Of a stretch of 64,000 nt of DNA, positions 28,029 to 42,371 are shown piece by piece. The notes under the pieces are model-generated. The model made no database searches and had not been told where the DNA came from. It saw only the letters and a list, made by a program, of their open reading frames with translations. The translations under genes were made by a program, and so were the position numbers. Within the stretch, counting starts at the first letter, position 1. Every line of letters starts with the position of its first letter. The stretch comes from Balanoglossus misakiensis. Lineage: Eukaryota > Animalia > Hemichordata. The stretch is from assembly GCA_040954595.2 (NCBI GenBank), contig CM082588.2, positions 4,714,156 to 4,778,155 of the forward strand, read 5' to 3'.

Positions 28029-28335
28029 TATACCAGTATATTGATGGTGTAAATCACGCTATTTGATTGGTCGAGACACGACACGTGACCGTGATATATT
28101 AGCCATATACCACAGTCATATATCATAGTTAAAGAAAATGCCTTTTTAAAATGTTTTATGCAAAGTTTCAATATACTGGCATAATATAATAGCAATAAAA
28201 CACCCCCAGCCATGGTATACCACTCGATTTTGACCAGTTCAACTCCATATACGCACTCGCTATCGCTCGTGCGTATATGTCGTGAACTGGTCAAAATCTC
28301 GTGATATACCATGGCTGGGGGTGTTTTATTGCTTA
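28029..28335. mobile_element. Non-autonomous foldback element with a 16-bp inverted repeat and a 143-bp terminal hairpin
   Basis: TATACCAGTATATTGA (28029-28044) is inverted at 28168-28183 with one mismatch. The hairpin at 28191-28333 has 29 perfectly paired outer bases. CpG-rich compared with the surrounding intron. Confidence 0.7.
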
Positions 28336-31300
28336 AACACACACCTGCCCACACAGCAGGGGCAAGTACAAGTGCCGGAAGTTTAGGCACCCGGCAAAAA
28401 CAATCCAACCTCCACAATGGTAGCAAGAGCAGTAGACAGTAGCTACAAGATGTGAAGATGTATAATATGTAGGTACACTGGTCTACAACACTAATGGTTG
28501 TCTACACATTTCTGTATGAGTGAGAGCAGGCTTCTATTTCGGGGTAAAATGTGCAAATTTTAGAATTTTAATAGTCAATCCAGTGTACAAAGGCTCTTAT
28601 GCAGCTCAACATGGATTCCATCGGTCGGCTGTATTTCCTGAAACGTCCCCTCAACATTCGAGATCGTCCCCCGCTCCTTATCATCCAGCACTTGAACTTC
28701 AACATCTCAAGTTACGATAAGATCCAGGGGCTTTTAGCGAACCCTTGGAGGGAACTGCCTCTCCTGCTGTGTGTTACATCACAGGTGGGGAACCCTGGAT
28801 GAGTTATGTCATCCCGAGCGAGGCCCGGCACCTCTTCAATTTTCAACATCAAATCGGCTATCACAGAGTCAAGTAACTGATAACTCTGGCGACCTAGTTT
28901 AAACGCATGTGTATCAGTATCACGCCATAATTTCTGCTGGTGATTCAACAGTGCGATGACCGCCGATTAAATAGTCGTCATTCTCATTCTTTTCCAGCTT
29001 TTAGAATTATCACATCTAAAGCAAGAAGTTGAGCTGTAGTCCACAGAAAACTATTATCTCCCATTGGATACCACGATGAAAATAACCGAGCACAAACCAA
29101 GTTCTAGATACGTACATTATATACGTATACATACGTATATATACAACATGGTTTGCTTTATATGGAGTGCTGTGAAACATAAAAAAAGATAAGGAAAATG
29201 AAATGCTTTCTTAGTCAGGTTATGCCAAAAAACATGATGAATTTTCACCTTTGAGTACACAGTATTTCAACTGTGTCACACAATCAAGGAAAATGACAGT
29301 TTCTGATGACAGGAGATCACGCTGGCTATCATAATAGACAGAATGCAAGGGTCAGATATACACCTCACATAAAACTATTCTCGTTTTTTTTCCTCCAATC
29401 CATGCCCACAGGGTTTACAATTAGTCAAAGTCGTTTTGGTTCAAGACATTGTAATAACACATTACAGGATGGGCTGGCTTTGCTCTTTACTATTCCCATT
29501 CTCCCCGGTTGCCATGGCACCCATTGCGTATCATGCTAAGCAAACACATCATTCTGGGCACGTCGTTGTTGTACTGTGCCGTGTGTCAAGTCATGGAAAA
29601 ATCCCTCAAACAAAGCAACGCAAGACCACACACTCTCATTGAATTAGACAAAATGACGACCCTTTTAATTTCTTTTCTTTTTTCAATTCAGTGTCAGATA
29701 AATAAATCACCAACCAAATAAAAGCCTGAGACAGACACGCCGCTCAAAATATTGATTTAAGCATTATCAGATTATTTAAGAGACAGTTCACAAAGACTAA
29801 TGTCAGTGAGACAGACAATAAATTTACCTGATATAAACTTGCAGAAATCCCTTCCCCATCTTGCCGTCATCTTCAGCCAATATATCAGTCAAATTTTCCA
29901 ACAAGTGCTTAAATTACTGTACAAGACAATTTCGTGACCTAATATCAATGATGACATAACGCCCTGAAGTCTTACAGGCAAATATTGATGGCAACCACTT
30001 GTTACAAAACTATAATACCATGTCGCTTTTTCGTAACCGTGTTTGGCAGTGTCATCGCAAAATGCACCAGTTTTATTACTTGTCTACAGCAGCTGTCATT
30101 TTTCAAGTGACATATTTGAACATGCTGAAAGAAAGCGCCACAAAAATCAGTTTTCACTCAGACGCGAGAATAGACTCACCAGAACTCTTAAGCTTCAGGA
30201 CAACCTTGCCCGCTACAAATGACCTCCACTGGTGTATATTTGAAGCTAAGCCTGATTACTGACATTATTATAACAGCAAAACCAGGGACTCTTTTTTATT
30301 ATCAATCATTCATGAGAACTTTTCACAATGATCCACTCTGCACCGAACTCTCTAATGAACACTTCAGTCGCCGTGCTTGAAAGTGAGAGTGACCTTGTCT
30401 CTCATCATAATTTCCTGTATCATTAAAATACAAAGTCCGACCAACGTCATTTTTTTTACTCTAGAATATTTTTCATGACGACAGAATTATTTTTAGACCT
30501 GAAAATGAAACATATGTAGCAAACAAGGCACAATCACGTACCATAATGGATTTCAGTAAAATCCTGCATTCAAAGAGACTTTTGTGATGTCAGCATCAAA
30601 GCCTGAACTGCATAGCAACAGCATAGCAACCACATCTGGATCACATTTAGTCAATTTCTAGTTAGTTACTGCAGGATTTTGGAACTACCGATATATTTCA
30701 GATCTTGAAACATTTGTGTGACATTAGGGTAAAAGACAATTTAGTTTTAATTTGTGATTCTACAACACATTCCATTGGGACCTGTTCTGTCTATCAGACC
30801 ATGTCTATTTTCTATGTTTGTATACAGGTATTATCTATTATGCGTCCGTCTATGCAGCTCTTTTGTAAAACCCATTGCTCTAGCCAAACACAGAAATCTG
30901 AGATTCCATCACAATGTGCTTTTAATTCCAAAACCGTCAGAACTTTTCCCAGTGGCCCTGAAACACCGTCAAAGTAATGAGTCGTTACCACAGAAGGTAC
31001 AAAGACGACTAATTTCTAGTCACGTTTTAGAAGCTTGAAATTAGAGTAATCAATATGGAAAGTGTTTCATGAAGGTTGCTTGATATTGATTGGGTTTTAT
31101 AGGTAGACAGCGTGACTGGTGGTTCTTTTTTTGTAAATCTCTCTGCTAGATGCTTATCAATGGAATCATCACTCAAATTATTCATGAGTATTTTCTATTC
31201 ACGTTTCGATGAATTTTTCACTTCTTATCTTTCCTGAACTCGCAAGATCTTGCTGCACATTGTCGTGTAAAAATCCCAATTTATACGAAGAAACAGCGTC

Positions 31301-34300
31301 TTTAAGCCTCTCTCAACAAGTTTCTTTGGGGTAAAGAAGCCCTTTGTGCATAAACATGGGCTCATCACGAATGATATTACGGTAAAGGCAATTTAGTTTT
31401 TACACTGTCTATTAAACTTACTCAGACATACCACTGGCTACAGGCAAGTCCTGACACCACATGTCGAGCAAGAGTGGAGAGACTCCCACAGAAATGTTGT
31501 CAAGACTTTTTACTGTCCCTACAAATGCCGACACAATGGACTCCCGTCTCTTTTTCTTTGCTGTCACTTGAGTCGGGATTCAAAAGCTTTCAGTTTCTTT
31601 CATGTATCTTCATAACCTGATTCTGCATTCCAGACGGCCTGAGTCCCCCCCCGACACAAAAGACGCCCTGCTTTCAGCAAGTCCAATATGGCTGATTCTT
31701 TAATGCGACGTATTCACAGGGGTGCTATGCTTTACAATTGATCTGATCTCTTTTTGGGACAGTGCCCGCCATGCCGGTCGGTAAGGCTGAGTCACACCCC
31801 GATTCATCTACAAACAGGGTGTTTGTTCTGTAGGGAGGTACATGTATCGCTCTGCTGCATGCAGTCAAATTCTGCCATCAACCGACCTTGGCAACGTTGC
31901 CATCGGCCCTATGGTCCTACTCCTATACAACACACTGTAGTGAACTCAGCAACGATGTCACTTCCCCCATCTGCAGACAACAAAACGTGACCCAAACATT
32001 TCACAAGAGCTTGCAATTAGACACGGGTAGCTGGATTCCTGTGTACAAACAGTAACAATGTCAGATATCACTACAGTCCAACTTTAATTCTGTATGTTGC
32101 CTGAAATAAAGTTTCGAAAACTGAGGTAGATTAGACAAATGACAAACAATTTCATTGCCATTTCAAATTTTCAGTATGCAACAGTCTGATATATAAACAC
32201 GCCTTACTAACTATCACCTATTGTGTTGCATTACCTTAATGTTAAATATAAATTTCTGAAAAAAATGAATGAATAAATATTACACAATGGTAACAGCTTG
32301 AACTCTAGGATATATTTCTGGTAATAATTATGCATGCATGCATGCTGGTCATTCACTCAATTCATGTCACCCCCCCCCCCCCCCCCCCAAAAAAAAAGAA
32401 GAAAAAACAGGTCTGTAAAAACCATTTCTCAAGGTCGTAGTTTAGCTCTTCCTGTTGTTTTCATACCTGGAATTCCACAAATCAGTCGTCAAAAACTAAA
32501 AGAGGAGGAGAGAGAGGAAGAGGGAAATTCAAGACAAGCAGGTCAGCATTCCATCGCGTACGAGCAAATAATAAAACAAACTCTCGTCTTTGTGACCGTC
32601 TATTCAAAGTTTATCAAACAGCCCTCCGCAAAGAAAACCCGGTATGTCCTCTGTTGTCGCCTAAATTCAGGGTCATGTCTGCCCGGTTATTATCCGAGGT
32701 CAACATATCGGCACATTTTCAACTATACGGCGACCATAAACCCGCATTTCGGAGTACTTTTGTTGGAATCTAATATGGCTACCATGCTGTGCACACTGCA
32801 TTGTGGGAAAATTGCTGCCGATTACCATACTGAAATGTGGTGACCTAATTTCTCCGCTTGTAGTACTGTGTACATTTTGACAGCTCTCGTCCAAATGACA
32901 TTAGAAACACTCGGTCTTTGTACAATCGGGGAAATTTTTAAAATTACCACATACTCGGAAATAAATAGATTAATCTTGCCGTAAATTTTGTAACTAACAA
33001 TGGGGTACTTTATTTGATTATGTCGCAGTGTGTGTTTGACGAGGGGGGGGATAGGCTGGTGGTTCATATATATAGTGGTTCTGTATTATTTGGATAGCGT
33101 AATGTAAATGCCGTGGCAAATTTAAACAAGTGGTGTGTACTGACGGCTATTGTTAACTAGGTTCAATCAGAGGTCGAGGCTGTCAGCTGAAAATTTAAAG
33201 GGGCAATTTTCAATTCCTTGTTCTCGCATTAATTCTTGCTGACAGTGAACGGTTTAGTTTATGTTGTGGAAAGCCTTTGTTTTCCATTTAACTATTCATC
33301 AAGTTAATCCGGTTAGTTTTAAAATAATGCAGGTCAAGAATATGCACCTTTCGCTGATATATGGCAAATATTGCCTAACTTGCAAGCTCATCTTACCCAC
33401 TATTTCACTGCTTGTTCAAAGTCATCTTCTTTTGCATTTTTTTCTGATTTTCAAATACTAATTTATCTTTGAAGATTTATAGGGACTGGTTTGTAAGCCA
33501 TCTGGCAGCTATTAACCCTCTACGTAATTCTTTGAACTTTAACCCACCATAATTACTTCATTGCGATTTCATTTGCTGTGGGGTTTATGAGGTAGATGGA
33601 GGTCGAACTGAAACATGTTCTTTTTTATTTGCATGTAAAGGGAGGGTAGGTTTTTCTCTCCGACAACAAATAGGTGGACAGATTTATTCAGATGTTAAAT
33701 GCACTAGATGGGCCCGACCGATATGTTGTTACTTTGACAAGCGCAAGCCTATCACCCAGCATGCAGCCATAACATGCATGCTATGTTATAATTTGATATG
33801 ATGTCCCTATATGTGGCACAGCCTTTGTGTTTTGGTCTAATGGAATGTGGCCTTCATGGCTATAATATTTGTAATGATCAAATTTGAACTTGGATACTTT
33901 CACTATGGAAACATCTATTGCGATTAGACAAAAAACTTTTGATGAAAAAGACACAAAAAACATCAAGTAAGGATTTTCCGTCTTAAATTCACTGCATTTT
34001 TACTCGGATATCAAAACACATAGAAATGTTATGCTATATATACATATGTCACCAAAGCAACATAATAAATGTAGAAACGTTCTGGATTTCCTCACACCCA
34101 TCCAAAACATCTCAGAAAGACGGGACTAAAAACTTTCACTAAAATGAGTGCATACAAGCCGAATGCAACTGAGTGGAGAGAAACGGGGAAATTCCCCTTG
34201 CACTATTACTTCCTGGTTTTAAGGATCTAACTGGTGCTAAACACATGTAAAATCTTTTAACAACAAGAAATCCATCAAAGTTAAGATACAATCACTTCCT

Positions 34301-36287
34301 TGTACGTGTATAGTCAGTTCACGTGTCCACTAAGCTCCTGAAAGACCAGACTTGCCAGGGATCTATATATCCGTCTTTTGCGGATTTACCTTTGTTCTAC
34401 ATATTTTGTTGGTTGTTTGTACGGTGCTGTATTGTATTGTGTGCTGTCTTTACAGCTGGTCGAGCGATATTTGATATTTTTGGAAATAAAGGCGGGTATG
34501 GTGGCGATTATTTCTGTATCCCTGTCGACCATGATGCATCTTTTCTATCGACGACAGCGGTCCTGCATGTCACGGATCACTGATCACACACAATGCTTTT
34601 CCAGCTCTTTGTATTATAATTTTAATCTAGTAAATCAATTTTCTACCAGTTTAAGTTGATTGAGAAGTGTGGGTCTAAAACTGCGATTAATGAGTCTAAT
34701 AAACATGGGACACATTAATCATGCACAACATGTATGAAATTGGCCAAGATTAACGACAATCATTGCAAGCGTTAATTGGATTTCATCAGATGAAACAATT
34801 TGATCACCTGGTTATAGGGACAGTGGGTGGAACTTATGATGATTATTTCATTATTTTGGGTCTGTGCAACAATTGCTGTTTCTCGTTCCACTCGCTAAAG
34901 CATGAAATACCATGTATTCAGCTTGTCCAGACTAAAATTCACTGGTTAATAATAACATACTGTTGGTTATACATACTGGTACATAAGGATGTCGTGTAAT
35001 GACATGTTGAATAGTTTGGAGGATTATCATCTTTATGAAAATCTATCCCTGAGGCGTGTATAACCTTAAACAATATCACACTGGGAATGACACATTCTAG
35101 AAACACGTCGTACACAGTTTGCTGATTCTTTCAACGGAGTGGGACTCATCATGATATGCTATCCTATGTACACAGGTGGCCCCTCAACCCCCCACCCACA
35201 GTTGACCACATGTTGAAATCGCTTTCCCCTTCACAGCTGGTCAGGCTTGACCACAACCATCTTGTACATACAGCGGCCAGAGAAAAATAAAAACATGATT
35301 GTGACGAGGCATGGGGGAAAGCGCGGTGTCAAACCAAACACCGAGGGGATCAACCTGTACAGTCATTCACTCGAGTGTGATCCAATTGTCTTCAATAGGG
35401 AAGTGGAATCTATTCAAGGAATAGAGTAAACACTTTTGCCACCATTTGCTTTGACTCAAATTGTTTTCAAAGGGGCATGGCAGGACCCAAACTGCAGGGG
35501 GATGGGTTCGAGAGGTCGAACGGGACAAGCCTGCGATTTTTTGTCTTCAGTAAAAACATCCGTCGACATATAAGTGTAAATACGCCAGAGTAGGTCAGGA
35601 ATTCGGCGAATTTCGGTGAAGCAAACACACACAAATCCCCGACCTGCTTAACTATAAAAAGTGGTAACAATTCAGGACTGACTCAGCCATATTTGCATAC
35701 AATGGACGCCAGGGCATTTTGTCTCGGAAGCAACTCGCAGATACCCATCCTTGCGAAATGCTTCAAACCTAGGCTGGCTGACGTTACTCTTTTTGAGCGA
35801 ATGAGTACATCTGATCTGTCCTTTCATTATTCATTAGAAATCATATTTATTTACGGTATCACATCGCTGGAGGTCATACGGAAATCCCTTTGAGGTGAGC
35901 GATTGATGAGTTGGCACCAATCCATGTGTCACGGAGAATCACAACGATGCTTAGTCAATCTTTGCTTTTCAGCCGCCGCCACAAGGAAATTAAAATCGGC
36001 CTCTCCGTATCTCTCTCTCTCTCTCTCTCGTTATCAATATCACCAAAGTCCACACCAGTGGCATTTACAGTACACTTTTAGAGTTTACAGCAGCGTCCTT
36101 GAGGTTGGGGCACCCACCCACGGATGACATGTTAATGAGTTTCTCTCCCCCCGCGTGACATAACCTTGCCCCCGGGTGACACTATAGCTGCTTCGGGAAC
36201 CGATGTCAAGTTTGTGATATGTCAGAACTGCTGCACCGACCACAATATCAACGCGACACTGCATTTCACTGGAATATTTTCTCTACA

Positions 36288-36383
36288 TTAGCCCTTTCAC
36301 CACCATGGTTTGGTCCGAATCCATTGTTTTCCATGGTAAAGTTGGACCTCTACATAAGGAACTAGGGGTGATGAAAGGACTAA
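36288..36383. mobile_element. Mini-MITE, piggyBac-like (TTAA-CCCT...AGGG-TTAA)
   Basis: TTAGCCCTTTCACCACCATGGTTTGGTCCG...GGTGATGAAAGGACTAA; related sequences at 21355-21408, 38251-38277 and 47621-47667. Confidence 0.55.
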
Positions 36384-39300
36384 ACCACAGACTTATAAAT
36401 CCTCCTGCAAGTGTTGAATTTTTCTACTGCAGTCGACACTTCAGCAACATTTCGTATTCTCTAATCAAGGGCTCATATCTCTTGCACACATCAATCAAGC
36501 ACTTCTTTTATGTGCAAGACGTGTTCAAAATTCCTCTGACAGTCGAAAACGTCACGTAGCATGCCAGGCAAATGAGGGAAGATTATACCCAATGGAGATA
36601 CCGAATGTTTAGTAGGTATCACATGTTAATCATCACCCAGAGCTGTATCAACAAAAAGTCTAATTTTTACTAATTGGGCCGGTGACATTGGGTAGCAGGC
36701 AGCTCACCTTCAAAATGACAGTTCTGATCTACCTGGAATATGTCTTACACAAACACAAAAATAAATTGGAAAGGATCAATCCTAAGACAATACGAAAGAG
36801 GAAATGAAGCCCTTTCTTATCGGTAAGAAGCTTGGCTTTTTTTTCTATAGCATATAATCATTCCTATTTTGGTCGCAAGGCCGCCGTGATTAATACCATT
36901 TCAACTGGCCACAACAGTTGACCTTTGACCTGGTGACGCTGCCACTGAATGCAGGGCGTTTTGCCAGATTCGGCGATCATCGGGGCATTGTGTCAGCGAG
37001 TGACCAATTCGCAGAACGGGAATGACGGAAAATTTCAAAACAAAAATGACGCAAAAACGGTAGCCATAACTGTGACAGATTTGTACACATTCTGGATAAA
37101 TTTGGATTCCCAATTTCCTGTTATTTTTCATTTATAAATTTTTTTTTTACATTTCTCTCTGACGAAAAACTGAGCTGTGGCACACATGCACACTGATCAG
37201 TTTATCTCAAGCAAATACCGCAATGTCAGTCGCTTGGATCAGATCGCCATATGGATATATTTAGTCGGACAGACGTGACTGGATTTAAAGCTCCTTGTTG
37301 GGAATATCAAATGTTGAAAATTGAATGCAGAATTATTTGTAATAGAGTCTGACTCAAAGGGTCAATGTCACCATAGTTTGGGGGACTATGACAAATGGGT
37401 TTCACCATAAGGTTTAACTGAAATTTATAAATGGCATCTGATACTGTTGGGGTCTCTGCAAAAGTCTCAGTTGGAATCCAGTATGCCAAGGCCTACAGGA
37501 TTTCACGCAAGGATCCACGGCAAGGTCATGTACAAACTGAAGGTTGAGGTTTATTGTGTTGCCGCTATATTTTTAATGGAGGAAATCCAGTTAATTCGGA
37601 TATAAAATGCCAGAAACTACTTATGAGGGCGAATAATAATCCACCTTACGGGCTAAAGGTTTTCGTGACCAGAGTATTATATATTTCTTTTCTGATCAGC
37701 CCGACAGATTAGCAAATTATTGGGATGTAACACTGACATTGAACCTATAGGGCTCATTGAAACAGACAGAGGGCTTATCATTTGCGTGAGTGTGTTGAGG
37801 AGAAATAGCAGATTTAAAAAACCTAGCTCGCACTATGAGCCAATGTAGATGCAATTGCATATAACAAGAAGATCTACATAATGAGCGATCAACTATTCAT
37901 AAATTTATGCAAATGTGTTTATTACACAATGATAATATAATGAACTTATAAAATATTACATGGTACTGGGCTTTTTTCTTAACCAGTACAATTTACATCA
38001 TAAACTGGCATATGAAGAATAAAACATGGCAGTCAGGGAAAAAAATCCTGCAGTATGTCATAGGATATCTGGCCTCTTCATTTTCTCCTTAGGGATCCAT
38101 GAAATTGCCAGTTACACGATCTCGGTGCATCAAGGGTGTAGTTCACATTACGTACAATCTTACAATCTGTCTAGGACATGGCCAGGGCTGAAAAAAAATC
38201 TTCTCAGGGGGTTTGACTTATAGTCTCTGACTTATAGTCACCTGCACAGTTTAACACTACCACCATGCTTTGGTCCAAACGATAGGACTTTGTCCCTTCA
38301 AGTTTGGACAACGCCCTGTCCTCCGTGCAGGAAAATAATGAAGTACTGAGTTTCAAGGGATGGAAAAAGCCCGCAAATGACTTGGTATGCATGCCGACAG
38401 ATACAAACAGGGAGGTTCATCCGCTGGACGATTTATGTGTTCAGCGATTGAAATTGGTGGTTAATAGTTACTTCACGTTTATTTACGAGAGGTTATTAAA
38501 ATAGTCACCCACCCAGTACTTTTCTACGAACACTGAAAGTGGGTAGGCAAACACAACACAACATCACCAGAATGTAATTAGCGTCACTTTTGTTACGCCT
38601 CTGTAGTGTCGTTCGTTTCAGGTAGCAAGACCCAAGTCACGTCCTTTTCGTCTCGTTTTACTTTTTTGGGATACGCGCTGGTGAAAATTCTAATCTGACG
38701 CATTAGCTGGTGGGCCTTTAAAATAGATTTTGAGATGTACTTGGGTAGATTAGAAAGCCAGAACAGCCCTGGCAAGGGTTCAGGGTAAAAATAAACATTT
38801 CCTGTTGCACTTTTCCATTGGTAGCCACAACTGTAGAAATCGGTAGCTAAGGATGTCATAAAACGCAAAGTACTACTAGATATATAATGGGTAGTCTGAC
38901 ATCGGGTCAGGTGAAAACGGATTCCTCCTCGTCGTATCCAATGTCCGTAATACCATCAATACAGTCGGTTCACCTCACATCCGTAGTTAAATGCACACTC
39001 GTACTCCAACCAAAAAAAAAGTACTAGTATGTGAGAAGCTAACATCTGGAGTGTCGAATTTGATCCGAGAGTCTGAGTCAAGAAATCACTTGATGCAGCT
39101 AGCCAGGAACCTCAAGAAGGTTTCTATGAAGGAGTGAACAAGAATAGCCCGACTCGAGTTTAAGGCCAGAGAGGAACAGTTGGTCATTTTTCTGTTTTCA
39201 GCATCGATAAACACACGTTCTGTGGCACAGCCCGCACTTTGCTAATAATTCTCCCCTGCTAAAAATAAAACTGGCATATTTCTGCATTTTTAAAAAGGAA

Positions 39301-41008
39301 ACTGCAACGAACGACCTGGATCTATGCGCCGCGGTAAAAAGTTTCCTATCACGTGCCGTCGATACGGCGGGGCGAAAAAAAAAAACCCACAACAAACCGA
39401 CTCAAACGAACACTGAGATCATGTGTACACTGGAAGAATGTTCAGATATGTAAATAGGTCAAACTACACAGCAGAGTGTTTCAGTGCACTCTGGGTGCAT
39501 GAAGGTCGAGCGTTTGAGCAAGGAGCCATTTCTATATACTAATCACGACAATGGAACGCGTTGTAAGATGAGATTGCTATCTTCTAGTAAATGAGTACCC
39601 AAACACCAGCCACTAGCAAATTGCTAATTACTGTTAGATTTATGTGGTTTAAAAGCATCTGCAAGGCAGCGCAGCTCAGCGTAAAGGCTATAAAAAATGC
39701 CATGTCAGCTGATCCAAATACTACATTATGAGAATGTAAAACTTTCAATTTAACAGTGCTCCCAACGTCATGTACTGTGTTGTAGTTATTGATGAATACC
39801 AATAATGCTGGGTAGATTCTCTGATTAAAATAATATCTCTATAAGCTAGGCTTGGCAAGCTATGCTTGATGAAGCACCCAATAACCGAGGATTATGTACG
39901 GAATCGATCATGGAATTTTCACTTCAACCGCAACTGAATTTAACCCTTTGCACTGTGCAGGACACAGTTTTCACAGGTATAATTAGACTAATTGCCATGG
40001 TAACTAGAACGGAAATGTTGAACGAGAAGGAATGTGACAGGTTTCTGTTTTTCTGGTTTTTTTTCATCGTAAATCTCAGAAGTCAAAAAGCCATCCTAGC
40101 AAATCAACAACGCTGTGTGAGTGATTATAAAATACTGCTTCACTTTTCAGAAGTGATTTACACACAGATCTCAAATTTTCAATCATGCATTTGGTATCTG
40201 AAGGGGACCTCTCTCTCTTTCTAGAATGTTCTGGACACTCTTTGAGTGGGCCACTTTCTCTATTTGTCCGCTATTCACGCAGGTTATTCAATTTCCACTC
40301 TCTCAATGAAAGAGTGGTCTTAATTTACAGCGCAGAATTGTATAGCAGTGTCAGAACCAGTCGGAGAGAGTGGCTTTCATTAGATCTATGTATACTGAGT
40401 GTTGGCTACTTCTGCTATGTTTGACGGAAAACAGTATCAAAGTTTGGGTCCCTGCACAATATGCAGCAATGGACGTGTGCATGTACATTTCTTCCCACTG
40501 TTAATTTCTACTTAACTTACAGAAACTGCCTCATTCGAATGAAACTTGGCAAAATTACGTACAGCTCACGGCCACGCATAAACTGCAGTATGGTACCACG
40601 AGATGGTCAGCGAAATGACCGGCGTCACGTGACCAGGCCAACACCAGAGGTTTGGGTGTTGTCTATTTATAGAATACACGTAACAATGGATAGTGTCCAT
40701 GGAAGAACAATGGCGCGGCCAATATGCATTCAAACGCCAGGTCAAATTTAAGAGGGGAGCGTAATGGCTTCCACTTTTACTATTTGTTTTCATTCGCATG
40801 TCCCTAAGACCACAAAAGTAATAAAGTGTTAGACAGTGGAATGATTTAGGGTCACAATTAAGTCTGTCTTTGTGTTGTCAGCTACTCATGATATGAAACA
40901 ACATAAACATCTTCAATACAATGTTCAGGATGTTGGTCCTAAACTTAGAACTAAATAGTTTTTTTTTTTTAATTTTTAAATGGTGCTGGTTACGTATTCT
41001 TTACAGCA

Positions 41009-41152
41009 TAGACTAAAGGCCAAATTTTAAGGCAACTACAAGTACATGTACTGAAATATATTTCACAAAATACTGACATATTTAATTAATACTAATTAAA
41101 ATATTTCAATATGTTGTACTTGCAGTATATTTCAAATTTGGCCTACAGTCTA
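41009..41152. repeat. Degenerate inverted repeat (old MITE-like foldback)
   Basis: TAGACTAAAGGCCAAATTTTAA...AAGTACA...TGAAATAT is mirrored by ATATTTCA...TGTACTT...TTCAAATTTGGCCTACAGTCTA. Confidence 0.6.
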
Positions 41153-42082
41153 CACAGCTTCTGCATTAGAAGTGATTGTAGCGCTGACCGAACTTGGAAT
41201 GACGGGTGAAAGTTCATTTACTTGCGAGTGATCACGTACATGAACGTAATGGAAATCTTGATCAGTAGAAGATACTCAAGCTAAGTCACCACGCATATCT
41301 TTCCCCAACATTTTTTTTCACGCACCACAGAGACTGTTCATTTTTCGCCACCCTCTGGGCATGTAGTTATTCACTCTCGACTGGGCAAAAGGTGTACCGG
41401 GGAAGAAAACGTTTCCGACCCGAACTTTCCGGTCGGAAATTGTACACAGGCGGCCATTATTCGTTGACAATGAAGTTATATGCTGGATATAATAAAAGTA
41501 GGATAACCACACGGTTTGTCCGGATCAAAATTTGAACACATTTCTACGGAACAGAAAGTCAACCTTTAAAATTCATAAATAAATTTTGAATGCAATTATG
41601 AGGTGAGGTGAGGTGATCCTACTTAACAAGATTAGAACTACACATTTTTGAAATCAATGTATAATTCATTTTGGTTAACTAATTTGTTTCAGAAAAACCA
41701 AGAAATCCATAAATCATGTTTTTAAAATTTAATTGGCTTTGGTACTAGCATTGATGACACAGTATTAAAATATCATCTTCATATTTACTGTCATATGATA
41801 CGGTTTTGACAGCTACCATACCAGTAACGTGGTTTCTTCACAGAAGAAAGTTTAGTCATACCGTAACCTTGGAAACCATAAAAATAAAATAATGACAAGA
41901 AACCTGCATTGTTGAATTAATGAACCTACCATCAAGGTTTGGAGGAAGATAAATGTTATGAACTTTGATATTTTCGACAGTATTCTTGAGTGTGCTGTCT
42001 ACGCCTTCTGTATCTATTTCACTAATCACACTGAAACAGTCTGTATTCAGTATGTACACACAACTGTATAGATTCAGTAGCA

Positions 42083-42161
42083 CAGCTGACAAGTGAGTTT
42101 GTCTTGTTTTGTTTTTCACTTGTCAGTGAAAAAACAACAAGACAAACTCAGTTGTCAACTG
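42083..42161. repeat. Near-perfect 79-nt hairpin
   Basis: CAGCTGACAAGTGAGTTTGTCTTGTTTTGTTTTTCACT-TGTC-AGTGAAAAAACAACAAGACAAACTCAGTTGTCAACTG. Confidence 0.8.
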
Positions 42162-42371
42162 AAACAACACACATGTCCTGTCGGACCACACCAGTCAACT
42201 ATTGGGTGTTTTAAGATGGTAGAATAAGAAACCACTTCATATGCAAGAAAAAATCTGTAAAGTAACCATATAGTATTGCTGTTGTATATATTATGATTGA
42301 CAGAAATTGGTTAAGAATGTAATGAACGCAAGTACTTACTATATATCTATGTTTTGTAGATAGAATTGCTG

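Noticed and set aside
32334-32843. 169-aa ORF with a PPPPPPPQKKRRK stretch
   Set aside because: Driven by poly-C and poly-A runs in intronic DNA; no domain and no splice structure.
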